Below, piece after piece: positions 13,929-24,596 of a stretch of 64,000 nt of DNA. Positions within the stretch are counted from its first letter, which is position 1. Every line of letters starts with the position of its first letter. The translations under genes were made by a program, and so were the position numbers. The notes under the pieces are model-generated. The model was not told where the DNA came from. It saw only the letters and a program-made list of their open reading frames with translations, and searched no databases. This stretch comes from Bispira polyomma (taxonomy: Eukaryota), in the NCBI GenBank assembly GCA_965649765.1, contig OZ287755.1, forward strand, positions 29,326,001 through 29,390,000. Direction: 5' to 3'.

Positions 13929-16900
13929 AAATGTAGTGAAAGGTGTAAAAAAAGATTCGCCATCCAACACCAACTTCCGTTCCTCTCATCTGTAAGATAT
14001 TTATATCAATAGACACACACACAGACACACAGACCTACTCACTTCGTGTTTATAAAGGCTACACAGCATGTTTATATTCATATAAATATACTCTTCATAC
14101 AGAGTGTTTACACCTGAGAAAAAAACCTGATGAATCACCTTGCTCAGGTATAGGGGGATATCAGTCCGCCCACATGTTGGGGAGCACATATTACAACCTT
14201 TTTGCTGTGAGTTATAACAGCAGCATGGCTGGATCAATCATCTTGGAGTCTGTGTTCCAAAAAAAACCATAGCCATGGCTTTTTGGTTATAAACAAGTTC
14301 AGCTCAATCTTTAAAACTCTGGTATTATAAGTGGTTCTAGATAAGAGGATTAAAGAACACACGAGGTTTTTGTGTTGTGAAACAAGAAGGAATTTAGATG
14401 TATAAAGTTTCTATTTTTCTTGTTGGGATAACATTAACTGTCAAACCGACACCAGTTTTCGTTAGAAATTCAGTGGTGTTTTGTGTCAAAATCAAATTTT
14501 TGAAATGAACACAAGTCTAGCTCCGAATGAGGATACGGTAGGTGTTTAATATATTTCTTAAGTAGGTTTGTATAGCTTTGTTGGTTAACATACATGCGGA
14601 AATGAGACTATTAATTAAGTGTAGTCAGAGGAGTATTATTGTAACATATATTATTTGTCGATTTTCCAACATTCAAATTTAGCATTGTATGAAGTATTTG
14701 GCGTCGATAACCTTTAATTTTTTTTATGAAATTCTCTACCGCAAATAATATTGAGTTTGATCTAATTTTGGCACCGAGTGTTAATTGGTAATAACTTATC
14801 GTACAGATATGATTATATACTTACTTACCCTGAGCCTCGTGTATTTTCTCTGGTTACCAGAATTATACAGAACAATGCAATGCACCAGTTTACAATAGCA
14901 TTTGGTGGAGAGGAGGGATCAAAAAAGAATCCATTAAAATTTTCCAGGAGGGGATCCCGGTAGGATGGTGGACCCAGGATTAGTTTTATACACCACTGTG
15001 GTGCCTTGGCGTTGGTATATGCTCTCTGGAGTGTGCCTTCTAGTTTACATAGATGTGTTTAAAAAGCAAGGGAAGTGTGCTGAGTAGTAAATTAACTTAC
15101 AACAATAAAATTATACAAATGACATAGTAGTCCAGGTATACTTTTAACATGAACTGCCTTGTTGGAATTTACTTGGTTTACCAGTATTTTATATACATTA
15201 TAATGAATAACACGTGTTATAAGATATATTAGAAATTACTTTTGTGTTAATTATTGGTATACAAGTAGTCCTGTGTTCTATATGCTATGACTGACTATAT
15301 ACACTATTAAACAGGTATTTTGCAAAGTAGTTGAAACAGAACAAAGAAGTATTTTGAGTTTTACCTGCTATATATAGAACCTGGATTATTAAGTCTCAGA
15401 GGATCCCTCTGCAAGAATACAAATCCCAAGAATACTTGCTGTTCTGAGCAGCTTTCTCTTCAGGTTTTTAGTATCTCACTAGCCTAGCTTAAGGATCTAA
15501 TGTTTGCCACAAAGTCTCAATTAGTTTGGAAGTTGAGTTATATGACAAATGTCCTCATATACATAAAAAGCAGTTTATTTCCTGACCAAAAGAAGAATGA
15601 TTAAAACACAAACTATATCTCAATGCTACAATGCAATCATTCATTTAGTATGAAACAAGCTGTGGTAGGCCCAGTTCTGTAGACTAGATTGCCTGCTTTA
15701 GATGACTGGAAAGGGTAGGTGGGGCTGGGTTAGACAAAATCGGCAAGTCGGCAAGGCTCTACTTTATGTCTAGAATGCATAAGCTGTTAACTTATATGAC
15801 TACTTTATGCCAAGTGAAATGTATACATTTTTAAAATTAGTTCCAAAATTAATCAGATTTTCTGTCAAATATGAGCCTGAGCCAAGGTTAGTACCCGACT
15901 GGCTAAGAGTTTCTTCCCCCTAGAGCTTTACTCAGGAAATAGGTACCGAGTCACGTGGTCTACGGTTGTGTGCAAGTACAAATGTTATCACCATAAATAT
16001 ACATAATATGTGCCAAGAAATTAAACCAAAGGGTCAAACTGACACAAGAGTTAAAATATACTCAATATTTCTAGGAAAATTCATTGTATTCAGCCAAAAA
16101 TAATCAATAATATATCAGAAGTTGTCTATCAAATTCTTGATGCTTGTTACTGCCATAATCCGGGCACATAAATGAATGTATTAGTGAGAATTAATGCATA
16201 CTCAGAGATGCAGTTTGTAAGGTGTATTATTAACCAGGTGTACGGACAAATGCTATGTTTGAGTTATGAAAAACCGGCAGATATTACCTAAATTGTTACC
16301 AAACAGGAGTAATGCCCCCTGCAAATATAAAACTATCATAATGACTTCAGATATTAAGCAATATGTTTTTTGTGTTACAATAAATCAGTTTAGTATCAGT
16401 TTTATAGGATGCACACATCACTGGTCAACTAATATGGATATCACATATAAACTTACACTTAATCCATAAGAAACATAGCTCATCTGCCACTCATACTAAG
16501 GAAGCAAGAACCGGGCTTGGGTCCAATCCCTAATTTCAACCTTTAAATCTTTGTTTTCATTTGTCCTATACATAGCATATATGAGCTCATTATGAATCCA
16601 ACAGGCAGTAGAAATGTATTATTGTGTCAACTGAAATACAGTTTTTGGTGAGACCAGAAAATGCTCTCATATAGTACATAAGGCAAAAGGACTTAAATGT
16701 CCAGTTGCTTAAATGGCCCCCTCCTACTTATACCAGTTAAAAAGCGATGCCTGTGCCTTTATGGCCATTAGCTGGTCGCATAAACATCCTCCTACGCCCG
16801 ATAATATTATGAACCCACAGTGATTTCTTTCTGAAACCCTGGGTAAGCATAGATCTCCACGACCATTGCAGAAATTTTGGATTTTTCTCAATTTTCTCAA

Positions 16901-18556
16901 TGAACGTGGATACAAGCAAAACTGTCCTTCCTATGTGATATGACCATATTAGGAAAACTGACCGTTAAATAAATACATGAATTACATGGCAATGAACGGC
17001 CCAGTCTCACAAGATAGCTGGTGGTAAATAATGGTCAAAATAGTATGCTTATGTCCAGAGATTTTGACCTTTATTTGGAGGTAAAGATGAGGTGGTAGTG
17101 ATATGTTGGATGTTGGAAAATCTGATGCTAGTTTGGAGAAATTTTATTTACAGATAATTTTTGTACATCTATACAAAAGTTTTAAAATATATGATTTTTA
17201 AAACTTTAAAAAGCCATACGGCTTACTTGTAAGGCATAAAAAACCATTAAAAATAAACCAGTGTAACAAGCGACAAACCTTGTAACATTAAGGTAGTCAA
17301 CAAATAATCCCACAATATACGCAGGTTCTAACACATGTAATTCTAATATAGTTCACATAAAATATAAACTAGTGTAATAAAGTCATCACATAATATATAA
17401 TCCCACAGTATACGCGGGTTCTAACAACTGTAAACCTAGTATAGTTCACACTTTAAACCTGTTCATCTCAAAAGAAGTTACCATAGGTGTTTAAACATGA
17501 TCCAATTAATAAATCAATATATATACTTAAATCATGCAATCCAAACAAGGATGGATTCAAAATCGGAACCTGCGGCACCAACACGCCTAGCAATGGCCAA
17601 TCCTTCCCCACAGAGCTCCGAATTCCCTTGGCAGCCACGCCAAGGGCAAGTATATGGAGGAAAGGATCGCACCACTACACGGTTCCAACGTCGACTCCGC
17701 CCAAGTTCGAATTGCATGACTTTTCAAGAAGCAAATAATATCACTCAACACAGGGAGGGTGGGTGAGGTTAATTTTTAAAACTTGTATACCCTTTGGCTG
17801 TGGGTTTAATAATGAAGAGAAAGAGAAATAGACGGGGCATGTGTATTGAACCCTAACGACCCTGAATGCATATTGGTCGCTAGGAAGGTTAGAGTAAAGT
17901 GGCTAATTTGTGCGACTGACAAGACATGCCTTGAGGCAGTGACTCCGAATTTTAAACATGCAAGATAAGTGCCAGGTAGGCATTCACACTGTCCACAATC
18001 TATAGGGCTGTTTACTCCCGATGTGAAAACCTTAGTGATCTGGAGAAAACGTCCAACATCTGTGCAGAAACTGGTTGCATCAGTAAGAACGGGGGGCAGA
18101 GCCGGAAATTTTAAACATGTTTAAAACTTCCCTGGGTCGTCGGCTCTGAAAGCACATCTTGAGAGAACTGAAAAAAGTGTGTGATTAGGGCTTAAACGGT
18201 GTATAAACGGGACTTAAACTGCTCAGAACTTGTGTAAATGGGGCTTAAACTACTTAATCTGAAGCAATCTGAAGCAAACGTTACATTAACGTGTGATGAA
18301 CTGCTTAGATCTGGTCTGGTCTGGACATAAATTTGTCATAAACTGGTGAGATCTCTTCACAACCGGCCATATCCTAGACATAAACTAGACTAAACTTGGA
18401 CAATGTGACTGCCACATAGCGAAGAAAATTGCAAAATAAACGTGAAAGTGGGAGGCTCCCATAATAAACGTATTATGTTTTAGCATGAATACTAATAACC
18501 ATTATCTACCTTATGTATAATCACATGCCATCTGACTGTGCTTTTCCCAATAGGGT

Positions 18557-18783
18557 ATGTCGGGGCGGTCGCCCAGCCCCCAGCGCCGGAACCGGCCGTT
18601 TGAAATGCAGACGCCGGGCAAGAAACTGGTAGAAGAGATCCATGATGAGTTCCTGGTGTGTAAGATCTGCCTGGAAGGTTACAAAAACCCGAAGTGTCTC
18701 AACTGTCTGCACACATTCTGTGAGGAGTGCATAGAGAACCATGTGATGTCAGAGAGTACATACAAGAAGTACAGTGATTACAG
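18557..18783 (+). CDS. TRIM/RBCC E3 ubiquitin ligase, coding exon 1 (most of the RING finger)
   Basis: Encodes CKIC...CLHTFCEEC (C3HC4 RING, completed by CPLC in exon 2). Preceded by acceptor cttttcccaatag (ends 18553), so a 5'UTR exon lies upstream. Donor AG|GTAAGT at 18783, phase 2. Confidence 0.95.
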
Positions 18784-19658
18784 GTAAGTAGTTAGAGCTG
18801 ATGAGCAAGTGGTTTAAATTTCTGCAGTTATAAAATGTTAAGTTACATATAAAGCATTGATCATTTGCAAAATTAAATCAAGTGAAAATACAAGGAACAA
18901 AGGATGTGGCATAGAATAATTTTAATCAAAAATAAATTTAATGATCGATGGTATTTGTGGGAAAATATTTTCAACTCAGGAATCTGAGATGACATTGCTA
19001 TATAATTATTATGTTTCCTCGTTTATCTTTTAGATTCTAATTTTTGTTTTTGGTTTGTACAAGCAAAATACAATATTTCCTTTTGTAATGTATGCCGTAT
19101 ATTACTGTCAAAAAGTTTTATAATGGAAAAGTACCATTACTCTGTCAAAGAATTGTATATACTGTGGAGGGAAAAAAATATTAAGCTGCAAACTGTGGCT
19201 TAGTAGGTACCACACTTGCTAAGGAAACACATTCGTATCAATGACAGTTGTGTATTTAAGCGTACCACATTTAACCAGAATCCTTTTCTGGAATTACATA
19301 TTAATCTTGAAGGGTTCACCAAACAACCAATTTTAAATTGTATAATATAATTGAATATTCCACTCATTAAAAAAATATTGGTAATCGGTACTCTGAAGCT
19401 GAAAATGATTGTATCTTGCTGTCATATGTTATCGCAGAAAATTGTTATCAGGTGTAATTCTTATATTTTGTAAATCCCAGTGTGATAATGGTTACAAAGG
19501 AATACTAAAAGTAATAATTGTAATCTGTACTTACAAACAAAATTAAAATAGGGCTTATATATTTATGTGTTTCATGTGTTTCTTTGAATTAGTATTTAAA
19601 AAAAACACTGCTTCATTAAAACCACATGTAAGCTGGTGATGTGTTATTTTGTTTACAG

Positions 19659-20666
19659 AGACTTCACCTGTCCTCTGTGTCGAAAGAGAACAACCCTTCC
19701 AATAGGAGGAGTAAAGAAACTTCCAGACAACTTCCTAGTGTCCAGTCTGACAGAAGTGGTTTCTAGGCAAAAACCCTCTAAATACCCATTTTGCGACATA
19801 TGTAAGATGATCAACAAGAAGCACAAAGATGCGGCTTCAAAGTGTTTGGACTGTGCCAAGCTCCTCTGTTCACAATGTGTCCAGATGCATAAAGAAACCA
19901 AGGTCACGGCCAACCACTCCATCTTCGACATTGAGATTGAGAAGGACATAGAATGCAAGGAGCATCAGGATGAAGTGGTCAGATTCTACTGCGAGGTCTG
20001 CGAGACCTGTATCTGTGTTCTGTGTACCTTTAATGAACACAAAGACCACGAGATCACACAGTTCAAGGATGCAGTGGCCAAGTACAAAGAGAACATACAG
20101 CATCTTCTGAAGAAGTGTGAAGGCAAGATCATGGTCTTTGATTCTCATCTGGAGTCCCTGAACAAGTGTGAGGAGAATATCAAAGAAGCCGAGCAAAGGA
20201 TCCACGATACTGCTATACAGTACATTGCCGATATCCGCAACCGGGAGAAGCAACTCGTTGAAGAGATCCAGAATATCTACGGGGCTGAACTGATGAGGCA
20301 GATAGAGAACAAGAAAGAGCTGGGATTACAGATAGATGGACTGCGTAGTACATGCAGTCTCACAGAGGTGATACTCAAGGGCAAGGACATTGAACTCTTG
20401 TTGCTAAAAAAGGATGTCCAAGAAAAGCTGACCGTGCTGAATGGTGTGGAGATCAAAACTCCCCCTCAAACTGTGACAAAGAGGGTGTCTTTCGAAAAAG
20501 GACAGATTGATCTAGGATTCATCCACGACAAAGACAGACCATTGCTCACCAAAATGAGGCTAAATAAATCAGCAACCAACCAGGAGGAACAACATTTCGT
20601 GGAAAGTAAAGAAAGAAGTACCCAAACTGACCAACAGCAGAGGTATAGGAAAAATACCAAAACAAG
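19659..20666 (+). CDS. TRIM exon 2 (RING end, B-box1, B-box2, coiled coil)
   Basis: Acceptor ttttgtttacag, phase 2 matching exon 1 (AG+A = Arg, then DFTCPLCR). B-box1 CDIC...CLDC...LCSQC...H...H; B-box2 CKEH...YCEVC...CVLC...H..H; helical K/E/L-rich coiled coil. Donor AG|GTAAGA at 20666; an alternative same-phase donor AG|GTATAG at 20642. Confidence 0.93.
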
Positions 20667-21495
20667 GTAAGAGTTACAACTAATCTGCCACACAAATTCA
20701 CAGCCAATATCTTATCAGCCCATTTGATACTTATTATTACCTCTGCCATGAAGGTTTATGGTTTCTACTTGTTTATTTGGTCCCATAATACCACAAAATA
20801 CTACCGAGCCTGTATATATGAAGTTTTGTGGAGGGATCACGCATGGGAAAAGAGAAAATCTTTCAATTTTAGAAATCCAGGATTGTTGTTCTTTTCATTT
20901 TTTGGCCCACTTTAAAAGAGATATCTGCTCTATTAAGCCTAGGCTTCCTTTTAGGCAACCCCAACATCCACCGATTTATTTGAAATGAGCCGAGCCAACA
21001 TCAGCCGATGTAGCACTTGCTTATGTCCGATATCTACTAAACATTTTAATATAATTTTTTTTTAAATTCTTATTTTCGTTGGAAAATCGGGCACACCTCC
21101 CCACTTTTTGCTCCCTGACCAATAAATTATGATGGGCAAAAAGACATCGCCTAACGTCTGATATAATCTGAAGGAAATATGTTGACAGGAAGCACATCCT
21201 AATATTAAATAATGACTGATAAAATCGGCCAACATTGAAAAATATACCTAGGCTAAGTTTCTTTCAAGTTTAAAGAATAATTATCTTAGTTCATCTACTA
21301 AATAATATAACTTTTATATGATTTTGTTCTCAAGCTTATCAACAATTTATATTAATTAATTAATAAATGATCAAATAATTTTAATTGCTACTAATGTATA
21401 CCTTCAGCTGCACCACAGCCACAGACATTTTTTTTTAAATATACTAAAATTGTCAGTCAGTAACATTATTCTTGATTTTGTAATCGTGTTGCCAG

Positions 21496-21691
21496 GAACC
21501 ATGAGGACAGTGAGACAGACAGTGACCTTGACACCGAAGACAGTGAGGAAAGTGATGATGAAGAAGACAGGCCTGAACTGGTGGACTCTGGTGTTCAGAC
21601 AGAACAGAAAGAGACCACTGAATCCAGTTCAGGAAGTGATGCCGACGAGAGCGGTCCCGAGATGACCGACGATAGCACCATGACTGATAAG
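21496..21691 (+). CDS. TRIM exon 3 (acidic disordered segment)
   Basis: Acceptor gtgttgccag, phase 2. Open frame NHEDSETDSDLDTEDSEESDDEEDRPELVDSGVQTEQKETTESSSGSDADESGPEMTDDSTMTDK. Donor AAG|GTTAGG, phase 0. The ORF track shows another frame here. Confidence 0.85.
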
Positions 21692-24293
21692 GTTAGGAAG
21701 CCAAGAATGGGCTACTCTTTGAGGGTGCTTCATAGTTAGTAAAGGTGAGGTTCTGGTGAGGGGACTTAACATGTCTAGCTGCCTTGGTGCTGCTGTTGCT
21801 ACTACTAATAGATCCAACCTCCCTTTTCTGGCTTTCCTCTCTCTTTCATGGTCCTTTCTCCTTGTACATACCTTAAGCTCGCAGCCTAAGCTTGGACATA
21901 AATACATCTAAGTCTACAAGATAACAAGACGAAAAGGGTATTATTATCATGCAAAAGGTAAATACTCATTTTACTTCATTATTGGTCTATTTGAACTGAC
22001 CTTTAGCAGCTTTTAATATCAAATGATATGTATGCCACTACTGCAATAAGCATCCTTCTAAAGTTATTGTAATGATACGACAAATAAGTTCAGTCTTCAG
22101 TACGTAATTTAGACAAATGCCAATTCTGATATTACATTTTTAGGAGAGTAACACACATTTACAAACCAGAATTCCTTTATTTTTTACATTGTTTAAAGAT
22201 TCATACAAATATACATTGTTTGCCACACTATATGCCATAAAGAACACTTTCAATAAAGTAAAAATATAGTCTCATAGATGACTCATATATGTCAGAGAAA
22301 TCTATCCTATCCATATAGAGAAAAAGTGTAGTATGTAGTTGTAGTATCTTTCTAACAAGGCTCAGACAATATGCCTCTCTTAATTACTCATTGGTATGTC
22401 ACATTCATAGTGCTCTTTCCTTAAAATTTTAGGAAATTGTTTGAGTAAAACTTGCACAAAAATAAGTTAAAAACCCAGATATATGAGTGACGGTATATCT
22501 TACAAAGCTCTGGAATACACTTAGTCACTTCTAAATTACCCTCTTTGCTTGTAGTTTTCCAACTGTTACCTCCATGTAGTGGTAGATTAGATAAATGTCA
22601 ATTTGTTAAAACATACAGCAAAACCAAACCCATTCCAATACCACATTGTAACAGTGACAAAAAGATCAACATATTCAGGAGTTGCAGTTTATCAAACTTT
22701 ATTTCATATCATTAAACAAAATAACTAGATGAAATATGCTGTGAGTATAAGTTCCCAAAAATGTTGTTCTGTTTTAGTTTATTGATTGATTGACTCGTAT
22801 GTTTCTATAGCAGAACCATGTCTCAGCAAGCAAAGATTACATATGAGATTGTTATTTTGTAGGCTGGACATTTTAATTTAGTACAGCCTGATTTTGTGTT
22901 AAATGATTCCTTATCACAAGACTTAAATAGGTGTTGTTATTACTGCCCTAAATTCACGGAATTAATGTCTACCCAGGTAGATAAATCCGTTCTGCATCAT
23001 ACCATATTGATGTATAACAATCACATTGACTGACATTGTCAACGACAATGTTGCATAGGATTCAAATTATCAACATACATATTTGATGTTAGATTATAAT
23101 AGCTTTCTTATTAGAAGAGACAAGTCCCGACATGTCCCGAAATTGCCATTTCTTTTTGCTGTGGCCAGTTTAAAACCTACCCAAACCCCACCATGCCTCA
23201 CCTATACAAACATTGTGTGATTAACTAGTTAGTGGTTTACATTAATGAAGTAGTACATGCAGAGGAACCTCTATTAAATTGAATATTAATCACAGTTTCA
23301 TATTTGAGTACATGTTTAGCTTTATTGATATTATTATCTATTTCGGAAAGCATGTTTTTCTGTGTATTTTATAGAATGTTCATTAAAGCTACAAATGATT
23401 TTCTGTGTAGGTTTAAATATGTTATATCAATAGTTCATTTGTAAATACTTGATTAACAAGGGTTCACTTGGGTGAACAGTGTTTCAACCATCTGACGAAT
23501 TTGACTCATAAACAGTGTGTACATTATAAATTAGCCCACACCTTTGGCGAAGAACAAAGAAAAATACTTGAATGGTGGTATGAAATTGTCTATACTTATT
23601 GTTTAAGTAATAAGTGGAATTAAATGAAGGAAATGTAGATTAAATACAACATTTCCAGTGATTGAACACAAAATCTTACTTTTCTGAATTGTCACTCCTC
23701 CTCTGTTGGGTTATTTATTGACAATAAAATATGATAAGCCTCTTTTCCCTTTGCAAATTCCACATGAATTTGGAACTTTCAATAATAATAATGACTTCAT
23801 TTCAATTAATTGAGGTTCTTTTGTTACAATTTGGCAGATTTTTATTACCTTTGCCCAAACTATGTAAAGTCTCCATTTGACACACAACTTATTACATATA
23901 CAAATTTGAACAACTAAATAATGTTGCATTTAAATTTACATGCAATTGTTCATAGAATAAACTTATATAAGTCATTTGTGCTGATATGCTGTTATATATT
24001 TATATATATGTGTATGGAATTCTGCATGTGAACCTTTTTCCTTTTAGTATTATTTGTTAATATTAATAAACTGATATTTAATATTGTTAAGTTTTAACTT
24101 TTTTGGTTAATTTTGTATATATTTTATCTTTATGATATAATCTCATCAGACAAATGATTTTGTTTCTTTTTTTTTGTTTTGTATGTTAATAATAAATTCT
24201 GCATGATATACATATTTACTGATTTAACATTCTACCGAAAAAAATAGTAACATGTTTAATATGGTCCCAATCTATGTTTTTATATACATACAG

Positions 24294-24596
24294 ATTGAAA
24301 CAGAGGAGAAAGCAGTTAACACCAGATCACGTAGTCTTCAAACTCTTCGCAGATCAGATGACACTGAGGAGACACTCGCTGCTAGGCGCCGCCGCCGTCG
24401 TGATCGAGCTCATACCACTTACATAGGCAACAATAACCAATCCTCCAATAGTGTGGATTACCCAGATTCTGATGAAAATGTCTCCAGCTACGACCGCCGT
24501 AAGGGGAGACCCCGATCTTTGTACCACCACAGTGTGGATGAGAATGAAGTCTTTTACGATGCCGATACGAGGCAGGCCTCGGGGCAGCGGGTTTAG
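24294..24596 (+). CDS. TRIM exon 4, frame 0 (short isoform C-terminus; about 577 aa in total)
   Basis: Acceptor tttttatatacatacag, phase 0. Reads IETEEKAVNTRSRSLQT...RRRRR...DENEVFYDADTRQASGQRV then TAG. Confidence 0.8.
   Translation: METEEKAVNTRSRSLQTLRRSDDTEETLAARRRRRRDRAHTTYIGNNNQSSNSVDYPDSDENVSSYDRRKGRPRSLYHHSVDENEVFYDADTRQASGQRV

Noticed and set aside
14400-14545. Candidate non-coding first exon of the TRIM gene (donor ACG|GTAGGT near 14537; other donors near 7250 and 10014)
   Set aside because: An upstream exon must exist, but sequence alone cannot pick among these sites.
1063-16919. Numerous 60-140 aa ORFs in AT-rich DNA
   Set aside because: No recognisable domains, often non-ATG starts; consistent with chance or repeat-derived frames.
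21450-21665. ORF-track translation MSVSNIILDF... over TRIM exon 3
   Set aside because: Wrong frame; splice phases select the acidic frame starting at 21497.
24589-24595. GGGTTTA as a -1 slippery heptamer
   Set aside because: It is not phased as X XXY YYZ in the TRIM frame, and the long ORF is +1 (or -2), not -1.
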